The notes under the pieces: generated by a model
The model's input: the letters and a program-made list of their open reading frames with translations, nothing else
What the model was told of the DNA's origin: nothing
Database searches by the model: none
In this document: piece by piece, positions 25,524 to 35,074 of the stretch
Layout: each line of letters begins with the position of its first letter
How positions within the stretch are numbered: the first letter of the stretch is position 1
Translations under genes and position numbers: made by a program
Source: a virus
Length of the DNA stretch: 64,000 bases
IMG/VR virus record: IMGVR_UViG_3300033417_000002
Coordinates: 1-64,000 of that record
Strand: one strand, 5' to 3'

Positions 25524-26612
25524 CTAGGGCGTGGTGCCCGAAGAGTAGTAAATGCCTCGATAATCCGTGACGCCCACATAGGTGCTGTCATCCCAGCCGC
25601 CCACGATGTCTTCCACGAAGTATTCGATGTCGCCGGTCTCGGCCGAACCCATCAAAAAGGCGCTGGGGGCGCTGCCGGTGATCATCTCGATGTTGCTGGC
25701 CTTCATGTAAGTGAAGGGACCAGGGACGCCGCGCAGCCGGGCCACACTGATGGTCGGCATTTCGGCCGGGTCAGCGACCAGATACCAGGGCACGTCCGGG
25801 CTGGAAGTGGCGATGTACGGGTCAACGTCCACCTGGGCCACCCAATTCTTTAATATGTTGGAGTCTGGCCCGCCGTAGCTGATGATGTCATCCAGCACCG
25901 AGGCCGCCTGGATTTTCAGAATGCTCGGGATGACCAGATGCACCCGGCGGATGTCGATCCGGTTGCCGTCAGCATCGGTACGCTGCATCATGGCGTTCAG
26001 CCCTACAGCCAGGTTAGCCGCCGTTAAACGGCCGGTGCCGGCATAGAGCGCACCCAGGGCGACCAGGGCCGCCTGGGTCGTGGCGTTGTCGTACAGGTCG
26101 CTGACAAACTGGTCTTCAAACCGGTTGGCGGCATTCGCCATCCGGCTCGGCGTCTCGCTGATTTTGCCCAGGTCGTCGTTGAGGATTGTTCGCCAGCTTA
26201 CGTCGAACTGCCGGGAGAATTCCTCGACGCCGTACTGCACCCGTGTCGCTGTGATTTTCGTGGCTTTCGCTTCGGCTTTTTCCCGGCGCTTGTACAGCGT
26301 GCCCGGCTCACTCATCCGATGCCGTTCAACGTCTCTGAAGTCGGGAGCCTCGTCAGCAAACGTGTAATTTTGCCAGTCGCCGATCTGGTACTGGTAATCG
26401 TTGCGAAACGCCCGGTCCAGAGCCGTACCGAAGTAATCGGTAAAGTGAGCAGTCGTCATCGTTTCGACGAATTGCCGGCTGTTCATGCCCCGCCAGTTGC
26501 GTTGTAATTCGCGCAGCGCCTGGACACGCCGGTCCAGTTCTGCGCCTTCAATGAGGTCGCTGTCCTGTTCGGACAAAGCCATTTCCTCGATCCACCTAAT
26601 TACGGTATACAT
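25524..26612 (-). CDS. major capsid protein (Mu gpT/HK97-like, by pattern and position)
   Basis: 362 aa; size, position after protease/scaffold, and general similarity to Mu-type major head subunits (from memory). Confidence 0.6.
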   Translation of the reverse strand: MYTVIRWIEEMALSEQDSDLIEGAELDRRVQALRELQRNWRGMNSRQFVETMTTAHFTDYFGTALDRAFRNDYQYQIGDWQNYTFADEAPDFRDVERHRMSEPGTLYKRREKAEAKATKITATRVQYGVEEFSRQFDVSWRTILNDDLGKISETPSRMANAANRFEDQFVSDLYDNATTQAALVALGALYAGTGRLTAANLAVGLNAMMQRTDADGNRIDIRRVHLVIPSILKIQAASVLDDIISYGGPDSNILKNWVAQVDVDPYIATSSPDVPWYLVADPAEMPTISVARLRGVPGPFTYMKASNIEMITGSAPSAFLMGSAETGDIEYFVEDIVGGWDDSTYVGVTDYRGIYYSSGTTP

Positions 26613-26644
26613 AGTTCAATGTCTCCTTGTATGCCTTTCCAGGC

Positions 26645-27637
26645 CTACGCCTTCTGGTAGGTCAACCAGGCGCCATACAGGTACAGCGCGTCGTTTTCGT
26701 GCGCCGCCGGCACCAGGGCGATGTTCAAAAATCCGGGGTAAGCGGCGATGTTGGCGGCGGCAATAGTCACGGTGTACTCAACGATGGCCGTGCCGGTCAC
26801 GGCCGCTGTCGCCCCACCCATCTCCGTGTCACCTGGGCCATCAAAGACCTGAACATCCACCGTGGGTGTGTCGGTCGCCCCGGCCATGGCCATCAGCAGA
26901 TGCACGACGACGTTAGCACCGGCGTTGAGGTCGGGCGGCTTGGGTACGGGCGGAAACTGCACTTCGTCTGTGTCATTGCTGGTGTCCCAAATGACGCGTA
27001 GGGCCTTATCGGTAGCCGCATTGACGCGGGCTAAAGACGGGTCGCTGTCGCTGGCCAGCAGGCCGCCGTGAGCGGCCAGGTTTTGAATGTCGTTGCTGGA
27101 GATCTCCCTCAAGGACGTAATGTCCAACGGGATAAAGCCGGGGTTGTTTTTGGCGTTGCCGCCTACGCCGGCCTGAGCAACCGCAACTTCCTGCGTGCTG
27201 GCAGTCGCTGCCCCCTTGGCGAAGGTGTCGTCCTCGTTTTCCAGAACGGCCGTCCCAAAGAACGGGTTGGCGTCGCCATTCTCATCCAGGGGCGACAGGC
27301 TCAAATAAACGCCGCTCGGCATCGTGCTGGAGCGGTCATAATAAATCGGCGCACCTTCAACGATGGCCGTAAACACCGATTCCGCGCCGGCAGCGTAGCT
27401 GACGACATTGCGCACGTAGTGTTTATAGACCATGCTGTTCGTCACGTCGCCGACGATTTTGGTATCACCAGATACCGACGTCAGTACCGTGCCGCAAAGC
27501 TGCTGGCCGTCAACGCCCGACAAAAGGGCAAACGGCTCGGTGGCCGTTGGCGTGGCGTTTTCTAATCTCGTCTTCGTAAATTCCCAGTGGCGAATCGCCG
27601 ACTCCGAGGAAACTTCATAATCTGATCTTACTGTCAT
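26645..27637 (-). CDS. capsid-associated protein (decoration/auxiliary, uncertain)
   Basis: 330-aa beta-rich ORF between the protease/scaffold and major capsid genes. Confidence 0.4.
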   Translation of the reverse strand: MTVRSDYEVSSESAIRHWEFTKTRLENATPTATEPFALLSGVDGQQLCGTVLTSVSGDTKIVGDVTNSMVYKHYVRNVVSYAAGAESVFTAIVEGAPIYYDRSSTMPSGVYLSLSPLDENGDANPFFGTAVLENEDDTFAKGAATASTQEVAVAQAGVGGNAKNNPGFIPLDITSLREISSNDIQNLAAHGGLLASDSDPSLARVNAATDKALRVIWDTSNDTDEVQFPPVPKPPDLNAGANVVVHLLMAMAGATDTPTVDVQVFDGPGDTEMGGATAAVTGTAIVEYTVTIAAANIAAYPGFLNIALVPAAHENDALYLYGAWLTYQKA

Positions 27638-27671
27638 GTCATGTCTCCTTTAAGCGACCGATAACGGCCGT

Positions 27672-29249
27672 TTAAGCCATTCCTTTAACCCTGGGGTTCA
27701 TCCTCAGGTACTTTGCGTTGACGGCGTCCTTGCGCTTATTGACCTCTTCCAAACTGACTTCCTGCACGGTCGTACCGCCCGGTGTGGACGGTGGCTTACC
27801 GCTGCCGGTAATCGCTTTGATGTAGTTGATTTCGGCGGTTACGGCCGTTTTCAGGTCATATTCCGTCAACCACTCCTGCTCGCGCATCCGGGCCTTGCTG
27901 GCATCCGGCAGGTGCGTGGCGTCCAAAACGTCATTGACCTGGGCTTCGTCCAGGTGGACTACCGGCTGCTGCTCGGCAGCGACAACGTTCGTGTCCCCGG
28001 TCTCGGCTTCTTCGACGCTCTCAGGGGCGGGACCATCATCAGTGCTTTCTTGCAGGAGAGCTTCTTCAAGCTCCTGCGCCTCGGCCTCATCGGGCTTCGT
28101 ATTCTTTTTCGTCGGCATATCATCCTCCGCTTCGGCGAGGCGGAGGGCGCGCCCTCCTGCCCCATGTTGTGTTACCCAATCAACAGCGGCCACCTCAGTG
28201 ATAGCCGCCACTTTTCGGCCTTTACGGCCGTTTTCCTCATAAATACCTTCGGCCAGGCTGCCCTTCGCCAGAATGGAGCAGTGCAGCCCGTCCAGGATGT
28301 CCAGTGCGTGCCGATTGCGAACGCTCTCGGCAAATACCGGATCAAAAACACCAACACGGGCGATAGGCGCGCCGGTTTCGGTAAATCCAACCGGGCACTC
28401 CAGCACCTGGCTGACTTCCGTTCGCACGCTCTTTTCGTCCGGCCGGTGGTTGGTCGCGTACATTTTTGCGCCCTTGAAAACGGCGGCGCTTTGCTCTAGC
28501 ATTTTGCGCGGGTAGTAGTTGTTGTCGCGCTGGTTCCCCCAGCCCGGCTCAATCACCGCGATGTCGATTTTCAACGGCCCGCCGCCGCTGCCGCCTTCCT
28601 CCACCAGCTTGACGATGTTGCCGCTTTTGGCTTCGGCCAACTCCTGAACGTCGTCGGCCTCGGCTTCTGAGTTTGTCGAAGAGGGGGCGAAGACGTAAGT
28701 GTGGATGACCTTCTGCCATTCCTCTTCGTCGGCAAAGTCGAAGCCGTCGGCCGTTTCCTCATAAGCCACGGCCCAGCAGTCGCCCTTGTGCTCGACGATC
28801 AGGCTGTCGCCCAGGGTCGGGTGATCAAGGAAGATGTCTTTAACCCACATGTAGCTGTAGGGGCTATCCTCCATATCGACAATGTCGTTCTTGACACGAA
28901 AGCGGGCGTCAAACGCCCGTCGCACCTGGGATAGGTAATCACTCAGGCTGCGGAAAATTTCAGTAAACTCTGGTTTGGTGGATTCGCTCACGGGCATCTC
29001 CATTTTTTCGGCCTTGTACAGCGACTTCAGCTTGCGTACAGCGACCTTTTTCTCTGGCCCTTCGTATTTATTGCCCCGGTAACCGTTCGGGTTCATCAAC
29101 GCCGCCCAGGCCGCACCCATTAAGGCGTGGTCGGGCTTACCCTTGACCATGACCGGCAAGTGCCAGGTTCCAACTTTGTTGGGGTCTTCGGCTACCAGAA
29201 AATCCGAGCGGTCGTGAGTCCGGCCGCTAACGCGCTTTGTTGTGGCCAT
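27672..29249 (-). CDS. prohead protease / scaffold fusion protein (Mu gpI-like)
   Basis: 525 aa; central VIEPGWGNQRDNNYYPRKML region and an acidic helical C-terminal half typical of protease-scaffold proteins; position after portal and MuF. Confidence 0.55.
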   Translation of the reverse strand: MATTKRVSGRTHDRSDFLVAEDPNKVGTWHLPVMVKGKPDHALMGAAWAALMNPNGYRGNKYEGPEKKVAVRKLKSLYKAEKMEMPVSESTKPEFTEIFRSLSDYLSQVRRAFDARFRVKNDIVDMEDSPYSYMWVKDIFLDHPTLGDSLIVEHKGDCWAVAYEETADGFDFADEEEWQKVIHTYVFAPSSTNSEAEADDVQELAEAKSGNIVKLVEEGGSGGGPLKIDIAVIEPGWGNQRDNNYYPRKMLEQSAAVFKGAKMYATNHRPDEKSVRTEVSQVLECPVGFTETGAPIARVGVFDPVFAESVRNRHALDILDGLHCSILAKGSLAEGIYEENGRKGRKVAAITEVAAVDWVTQHGAGGRALRLAEAEDDMPTKKNTKPDEAEAQELEEALLQESTDDGPAPESVEEAETGDTNVVAAEQQPVVHLDEAQVNDVLDATHLPDASKARMREQEWLTEYDLKTAVTAEINYIKAITGSGKPPSTPGGTTVQEVSLEEVNKRKDAVNAKYLRMNPRVKGMA

Positions 29250-29267
29250 AGGGAATGTTCATTCCAC

Positions 29268-29353
29268 AAAAAAAGGCCAGCGCCTCCCCCGGCTCCTCGA
29301 CCGTTCAGCTTGTGAAGCTGAGCCTGTCAAAGGATCGGGAAAGATCGCTGGCC
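29268..29353 (-). terminator. long imperfect hairpin with U7 tail (terminator or small structured RNA)
   Basis: Minus strand GGCCAGCG (29346-29353) pairs with CGCTGGCC (29275-29282) around an inner CAGCTT-CAC-AAGCTG hairpin, followed by TTTTTTT (29268-29274). Confidence 0.45.
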
Positions 29354-29380
29354 TGAAGGGCTTTAGGTTAAATTGGTAAA

Positions 29381-29412
29381 TAAAAAAAGGCCACTGATTA
29401 TCCAGTGGCCTT
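29381..29412 (-). terminator. rho-independent terminator after the low-GC island
   Basis: Minus-strand hairpin GGCCACTG-GATAAT-CAGTGGCC (29389-29410) followed by TTTTTTT. Confidence 0.7.
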
Positions 29413-29547
29413 AAATGGCTTCTCTATTATATGCCCCGCGACCGCCGCCGCGCTTTCGCTCTTTTCGGCGTTGCGTTCCTTAGAACGCTCACCCTGCCGT
29501 CGCTAGTCGAGCACTTGTTGTAAGGATACAGCAAAACTAATGCTGCG

Positions 29548-29994
29548 TCAAGTGGCCTGGTTTACATCGGCTGCTAACTCGCCCTGATAGCCGTAAAACG
29601 AGATGTATATCTTGGTTATTACATCATTGTCTACAAACGATGGTATCTCATCATCAATGTGTCTAACGGAGCAGTTATTAAATTCATGCACTATCCTACG
29701 CTCTGACCGATCTTCAATTTTGATGGTCGGCTTGAGCAATGCAGTATCCCTATACTTACGAGAAGGGACACCGTGCAATAGCAATTTAGCCTCTTTTGAC
29801 CGGAGCGTCAGACAGAACTCTCCTTCAGCCATCGTCTCCGCTAGAGAGCGAATCACTTGCGAACCGGGGACGCGAACAATGCTTCCCACCGGGATGGTGA
29901 CCCAAACAATATCAAACCGTCCGCTATCGAGGATCCATAGCTTCTTGTCATCAATCCAGACCAAATACTCCACCTTCTCAATCATCGTCAACAT
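29548..29994 (-). CDS. hypothetical protein (148 aa, low-GC island)
   Basis: ORF in a markedly AT-richer segment; no recognisable motif. Confidence 0.55.
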   Translation of the reverse strand: MLTMIEKVEYLVWIDDKKLWILDSGRFDIVWVTIPVGSIVRVPGSQVIRSLAETMAEGEFCLTLRSKEAKLLLHGVPSRKYRDTALLKPTIKIEDRSERRIVHEFNNCSVRHIDDEIPSFVDNDVITKIYISFYGYQGELAADVNQAT

Positions 29995-30326
29995 TACACC
30001 TCGCTCCGCACGGCCGTGTCCTTAGACACCCATTGCACACATCCAAAATCCGGCGCAGTGATAAGACAGGCTTGATATTGAGACCCATCAATGACCGTTG
30101 CGCCGTCAGATTCGACCGGGCGCTCAAAAAACGTGATTTTTGGACAATGGCAAAACCTTACTTCAAAAGGCAAAACCATGAATTTGTATGTATCAGGGTC
30201 TCGTGGCGAAACGATTTCGCTTTCTTTATCGTAATCGGTGTTATACCACCATTTACACTCTTTACAGGTCCCGTGTTGCCTCTTTCCGGCAGGCGCCATG
30301 TTCCCCTCTCTGCTTTTCTTTTCCAT
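29994..30326 (-). CDS. Cys-rich hypothetical protein (110 aa, low-GC island)
   Basis: GAGG RBS before ATG 30326; CKECKWW ... FCHCPK ... GCVQW cysteine pattern. Confidence 0.5.
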   Translation of the reverse strand: MEKKSREGNMAPAGKRQHGTCKECKWWYNTDYDKESEIVSPRDPDTYKFMVLPFEVRFCHCPKITFFERPVESDGATVIDGSQYQACLITAPDFGCVQWVSKDTAVRSEV

Positions 30327-30344
30327 GCTACACCTCGCTCCTGT

Positions 30345-30629
30345 TCAACTCCCGTTCCTATGCGGCCGCGCAAACGGCCGTTTCCTCGGACGGCGCTCGT
30401 TTAGCGACTGATTCAGTACCTGCACCAACGCCGTCAGGTCTACGGGCACATCGGCGCGACCTCGATCCATTACCCGGTCGCGCATCCGGTCGCGCACTTC
30501 CAAGTATACACGGCCGTCCACGATCCGGCCTCGGCCAATACACAACCCATCTACCCGTACCAATCCATCTACGTCTACGTCTATTCTATATTCTGGCATC
30601 GTCGTCATAAGCATATCTATCCTTGACAA
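30345..30629 (-). CDS. hypothetical protein
   Basis: ORF after the MuF-like gene; non-ATG start in the track, internal ATGs possible. Confidence 0.4.
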   Translation of the reverse strand: MSRIDMLMTTMPEYRIDVDVDGLVRVDGLCIGRGRIVDGRVYLEVRDRMRDRVMDRGRADVPVDLTALVQVLNQSLNERRPRKRPFARPHRNGS

Positions 30630-30674
30630 CTACAATGAAACTACTTGGCCGCAACTGATAAGGCAGGCAACTTC

Positions 30675-31421
30675 TCAAGGCAGCGAGGGCAGCTTGCCCC
30701 GGCTTACCGGTTTATCGGTCGGGACCAGCCCGCAGCCACATTTCCAGCCGCGGCAAGCCAGCTTCGCATTGGGCGGCGACTGCGGCCGTACCCCCGCCCG
30801 CTGCCAGGCGCTCCCCCGCCGCACCTGGCCATTCAGCCGCAGGCAGGAATCGCAGTTCTCTTTCACGCCCCGCACGTAATTGATCACCCACTCCAGCTTC
30901 TGGTCCTTGCAGGCCATCACCTTCGCCCGATTGGTCACGTCCAGGTAGCGGTTGATCCACAAGCCGACGCGGTTCATCAGGCTGCGAAGCAGGCCGCCGG
31001 TGGCCTTGCTGTTGGCTTCGATGTACTCGCCAAAATCGAAGATGTAGACGGATTCGGAACGGATCGCCATCTCCAGCGCCTTTATCTCCACCTCTGTTAG
31101 TTCATCGGGCTTAATGCCGCACTCGGCCGCGCCTTCGCGCCAGGCCAGGGTCAGGCCGCGCCGGACGGCTAACTGCATCGTCGATAAAAACTGGTCCAGG
31201 TCAATCACCCCGCCCCACAGCGCCCGAACGCTGCCCCGGATGTTACGGCCGTAGGCATCGGCGCTGCGGCTCTGTTCGGTCAGGGTAACGCCGCAGGGCG
31301 CGGACGGCAGCCGTCCGACCATGGCCGCCTTGCCGGACTCGCTGAGCGCCGGCCAGAGGGTGGCTACGGCGTCTATCTCGTATGGGGTGGGGAGCACGGG
31401 GCCGGTGGGGTGGTGGGTCAT
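30675..31421 (-). CDS. head morphogenesis protein (SPP1 gp7 / MuF-like)
   Basis: 248 aa; C-terminal CDSCLRLNG ... PPNAKLACRGWKCGC pattern typical of the gp7/MuF family; close to the portal gene. Confidence 0.65.
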   Translation of the reverse strand: MTHHPTGPVLPTPYEIDAVATLWPALSESGKAAMVGRLPSAPCGVTLTEQSRSADAYGRNIRGSVRALWGGVIDLDQFLSTMQLAVRRGLTLAWREGAAECGIKPDELTEVEIKALEMAIRSESVYIFDFGEYIEANSKATGGLLRSLMNRVGLWINRYLDVTNRAKVMACKDQKLEWVINYVRGVKENCDSCLRLNGQVRRGSAWQRAGVRPQSPPNAKLACRGWKCGCGLVPTDKPVSRGKLPSLP

Positions 31422-31652
31422 TTAATCTCCGGGCGTCTCATACGGGTATAGTTCCACGTCCTGCACTTCGGCCCACTCGCCGGCCGCAAAGGCGCACAAA
31501 ATATTATCGTATTTGTCATAGACAATCAGGCAGCCGCCGTCAACGAAAACCCGGGCACTGCGCGGAATGGAAGCAAATGAGTTGCGGTCATAAGGCCGCG
31601 AGACCATGTAACAGCCGTTTTCATCGTTCACTATCAATCTCCAGGCGGGCAC
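31422..31652 (-). CDS. hypothetical protein (76 aa)
   Basis: ORF abutting the MuF-like gene start. Confidence 0.45.
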   Translation of the reverse strand: MPAWRLIVNDENGCYMVSRPYDRNSFASIPRSARVFVDGGCLIVYDKYDNILCAFAAGEWAEVQDVELYPYETPGD

Positions 31653-31899
31653 TACCGGACGCGTCCATTTTCATAAATCTATACCGGCCAGGACTGTCGG
31701 CTGACACCGTAGCAATCACAAGACGACATTCCCGGCAGATGATGTCGCCCCAAACCCGGTCACCATTCAGGTCGTCAGATTGCAAATCCTCGATAATGAC
31801 CGCTCTAGATTCACCGCAACCTTCACAGTAAAAGCGAACATCTACCGGAGCCTCGATGGTGATGGTGAAAGTGGTGTAACGGCCGTCTTCTTCGTTCAT
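31621..31899 (-). CDS. zinc-ribbon protein (92 aa)
   Basis: CEGCGES ... CRECR paired CxxC motifs. Confidence 0.5.
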   Translation of the reverse strand: MNEEDGRYTTFTITIEAPVDVRFYCEGCGESRAVIIEDLQSDDLNGDRVWGDIICRECRLVIATVSADSPGRYRFMKMDASGSARLEIDSER

Positions 31900-31907
31900 T
31901 CGTCACC

Positions 31908-32156
31908 TCAGAACAAAAAGCTCTCGTGATGGTAGAGCACGCCACAGGCCGGGCAGTAACAGCGCAGATTCTCGACTTGCCCGCCCCGCCCTGTCACCTT
32001 GGTGATAACCGAGTAAAGACCTACCGGACTGTAATAAGCCTCGAAGAGACGCTCGCCATCGGCTTCGATTGATTCAACGTCTAACTGCTTGTTGTAACCA
32101 TCACAAAAGACGCATTCCGAACTTGTCAGCAATGTGGTGTGACGATATGCATCCAT
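31908..32156 (-). CDS. zinc-ribbon-like protein (82 aa)
   Basis: CVFCDG ... CYCPACG cysteine pairs. Confidence 0.5.
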   Translation of the reverse strand: MDAYRHTTLLTSSECVFCDGYNKQLDVESIEADGERLFEAYYSPVGLYSVITKVTGRGGQVENLRCYCPACGVLYHHESFLF

Positions 32157-32166
32157 AGATGCCCTC

Positions 32167-33807
32167 CTACCGGCTGCTCGCCAGTTCCTCTAACTGCCCC
32201 AGCAGATACGACACAACGGCCGTATCCGTCACCTTGCCCGCTTTCCAATTGTCCATCACCACCGCCAGCGCTTCCGGCAGCCGGGCCTCGGCGTTTGCCG
32301 ACGTATTGAATAGTTCGTCCGGCTTGCGCACGCCAATGCGCTGCAACGCCACCAGGTAAAGCTGGCGCATGATTTCCCGGCCGACCGCCCCATTGAGGAT
32401 ACCCTTCTCGACCGCGGCGACCGTTTCGGTCATCAGTGCGACAATCTCTTCCATGAGCACAAACAGCGGCGTCTCCATATCGACGATAACGACCGCTTCC
32501 GCATCCACGCTGCCGCCATTGGCCGCTTTCAGGAACAAGACCACCTGCCCGATCTCCTCAAATACAGAACTCAACCAGATCTGGTATCGTTCGATCTGCT
32601 GGTAGAACGGCGTCTTCAGTTCCTCGGCCGTGGCCAGGCCACCGGTAATCGCGTCGGGGAAACCAAGCCAGTGCAGCCCCACGCCAGTGGCCACCGAGAG
32701 CTGCCCGCCCAGCATACGGCCGTCAAAGCGGGCCGATGCCGCGCCGGTATCTCGAGACATCCACTCCCGGCTGACCGCTTCATTTTCAATCCAGTCCGAC
32801 GCAGCGGCGGATGGCGGATTGCGGTCGCGAAAGTCGCTGGTCGAACTGGCCAGACTCGATTGCAGTCGGCTCTTGAAATTGTTGACCATCCGGCTCCCGC
32901 CGTCGATTTTGACTTTCTCGGTATACATCGCCGCCTTGCGGGCCACGGCCGCCCGGTCGCCCATGAAGTCAGTCAACACCTTGGCCCATTCAAAGGCGTT
33001 GAGAAACTGGGGCATTCCCCGCCCCAGCGCCCGGTTGCGCTTGCGACTGGCCCACATCGCTACAGCCTGCGTCGCTGCTTCGGTACGGCCGTTTATCTCA
33101 ATGCCGCCGTCGCTCAACTGGTCGGCCCGGCGCGCCCCCTGCGGCAGCGTCACCCGCGCCAACTGCTCCCCCGTCGCCCGCCAGTCAGGATAGTACAGAT
33201 CGCCGTCACGGGTGTGATGGTTGTAGTAGAGCGGGATGGTTCGGTTTTCCGAGTCTTCCCAGACGATTTCCACCTGGTCGGTGGGGATGGTGCGGATGGT
33301 CGCTTCGCCGTCGAGCGGCGAGTACCAGAAGACGAACAACAATTCACCTTCGTTCAAAGCGTCCTCGCTGCGCTCCTGTAGGTTGCGCGGGCCGATGATG
33401 TTGGCATTGCGCTGGGCCGTCCAGAATTCGTCAAGGGCTGCGTTGGCGGGCTTGTCCTCGCTGCGCAGTGTCACCCGCTGGCCCATGCCGAAGTCGGTCC
33501 AAATCTGGACGGCGCGTTCCACGTTGGCATTGGTATCGGCCATATACCGCGCCTGGCGAATGGCCGATATGCGGTCCCGCTCGGTAATGCGGAAGCCGGT
33601 GGCAAAGGCCGCGCCACGGGTGCGGATGATGAGGTCCATAAGCTGGCCGTTTTCGGCCAACATTTCCAGCACTTTCCCCGGCGGGGCAATGAGTCCACCT
33701 TTTTCGTAGGCGTACTCAAAGACATCGACCATTCTGGTCAATTCCTTCATCTTCCCCGGGAATAGGCGGGGGAAGAGGTAGTTGCTAATCTGTTGACTTA
33801 ATCCCAT
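32167..33807 (-). CDS. portal protein
   Basis: 546 aa; size and position between the terminase and head morphogenesis genes. Confidence 0.65.
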   Translation of the reverse strand: MGLSQQISNYLFPRLFPGKMKELTRMVDVFEYAYEKGGLIAPPGKVLEMLAENGQLMDLIIRTRGAAFATGFRITERDRISAIRQARYMADTNANVERAVQIWTDFGMGQRVTLRSEDKPANAALDEFWTAQRNANIIGPRNLQERSEDALNEGELLFVFWYSPLDGEATIRTIPTDQVEIVWEDSENRTIPLYYNHHTRDGDLYYPDWRATGEQLARVTLPQGARRADQLSDGGIEINGRTEAATQAVAMWASRKRNRALGRGMPQFLNAFEWAKVLTDFMGDRAAVARKAAMYTEKVKIDGGSRMVNNFKSRLQSSLASSTSDFRDRNPPSAAASDWIENEAVSREWMSRDTGAASARFDGRMLGGQLSVATGVGLHWLGFPDAITGGLATAEELKTPFYQQIERYQIWLSSVFEEIGQVVLFLKAANGGSVDAEAVVIVDMETPLFVLMEEIVALMTETVAAVEKGILNGAVGREIMRQLYLVALQRIGVRKPDELFNTSANAEARLPEALAVVMDNWKAGKVTDTAVVSYLLGQLEELASSR

Positions 33808-33869
33808 CGGGTTTCTCCTAGTCCATTCGCATTTTGATTGGCTTTACCTTAAATCCGTGCGGAGCAACC

Positions 33870-34220
33870 TCACTCATCATCCACCTCCCAACGGCCGAAC
33901 AGCATCGCTACGGCCGTACAAATCGCCACCGCCAGGCTCTTGTGCTCGAATGCCGCATAGTCGTTGTGGTCAACCGTCACTCGAACAGAGTGTTTTCCTG
34001 TAACGGCAGAATACTCAATGATGTATCCAATCGCCTTGTTCCGCGCCATCCCGCCCCAGGCCAGGGTATCGTGCTTGAAGTATGGCGGGGGCATAAGCTG
34101 CTTATTGCCCAGCGGGTCAACCCACTGCTTGCCCTGCCGTTTCCAGCCGATGGCCAGGGCAAAGGCTTCATTAAGCCGCATCAGGTCTTTGTCCACTGTA
34201 TCTTTTGTGTCGTTACTCAT
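33870..34220 (-). CDS. hypothetical protein (116 aa)
   Basis: ORF between the terminase-proximal genes and the portal gene. Confidence 0.5.
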   Translation of the reverse strand: MSNDTKDTVDKDLMRLNEAFALAIGWKRQGKQWVDPLGNKQLMPPPYFKHDTLAWGGMARNKAIGYIIEYSAVTGKHSVRVTVDHNDYAAFEHKSLAVAICTAVAMLFGRWEVDDE

Positions 34221-34500
34221 TGGTTGCCTCCGGCCCTAAGACGGCCTTAATTAACGGGTGGCTGCGGGATAGAAAGCCGTGTGGATCAGCAACAACCTCG
34301 TGCGCCAGGGCAACGGCCGTTTCCTCGACCGCATACAACCGCTCGATCTCCGCCTCGATCTTATCGGCGATCTCGTTGGGAATGACGACATACCCCTCCG
34401 GCGAGCGAAAGCCGCGCAGTGCCCGGATCATGTCTGTCAGCGAAAAACTGATCGGGCTGCCGGCCCGCCGGTCTTTCAACTTGCTCCTATCTATCGCCAT
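34213..34500 (-). CDS. hypothetical protein (95 aa)
   Basis: ORF 34213..34641 trimmed to ATG 34500 (MAIDRSKLKD...). Confidence 0.45.
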   Translation of the reverse strand: MAIDRSKLKDRRAGSPISFSLTDMIRALRGFRSPEGYVVIPNEIADKIEAEIERLYAVEETAVALAHEVVADPHGFLSRSHPLIKAVLGPEATNE

Positions 34501-35074
34501 TATCGTCCTCCATAAGGTTGGCCGCTTCTTGTTCCTCAAGAATCTTGCTTTGACACTCTTCGCTGCAGGCGTCAACTGAATACATCTCATTAACCGGAAG
34601 CTCTTTTCCGCACACAGTACAATCCAAATATTGCTCATCACCTGTCATCGTCCACCTCTCTGGCCATTTATTCGGCCGTTTACCTGGCCGCGTCATCGAG
34701 TCCGTCAACACCAATCGTGGCAGCCATTGCCCCGGCAAATGGGCACATATCCACCAGACAGGGCCATCCAGGACAAAGTCAGGCAAAAACCACAAACGGT
34801 GAGTGATACGGCCGTATAACTCAATGCGCTGCATCTGTTCGTACAGATCCATCAACGGCGCCTTCAATTTTTCAAACGCGGGCATGAGGAATTGCCCAAG
34901 TGCTTTCGCGGCATCACTGAACGATATCCCGATATCCCCGAACACCTCGATAGCGGCAGCGACCCGCAAGGCCATTGCCCTTGTGGGCAGCAGGCCAGGA
35001 TGCCGCTTAGCCAGCGTATCCAACTCCCGCCCCAACTCATCAGCCATCGCGTAGAATTCGTTATTAAATATCAT
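34487..35074 (-). CDS. hypothetical protein with C-terminal zinc ribbon; paralog of 35064..35345
   Basis: The N-terminus MIFNNEFYAMADELGRELDTLAKRHPGLL parallels MMFTGEFYVMADKLGREMDALTMRYPELL; C-terminal CTVCGK ... CSEEC. Confidence 0.5.
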   Translation of the reverse strand: MIFNNEFYAMADELGRELDTLAKRHPGLLPTRAMALRVAAAIEVFGDIGISFSDAAKALGQFLMPAFEKLKAPLMDLYEQMQRIELYGRITHRLWFLPDFVLDGPVWWICAHLPGQWLPRLVLTDSMTRPGKRPNKWPERWTMTGDEQYLDCTVCGKELPVNEMYSVDACSEECQSKILEEQEAANLMEDDNGDR

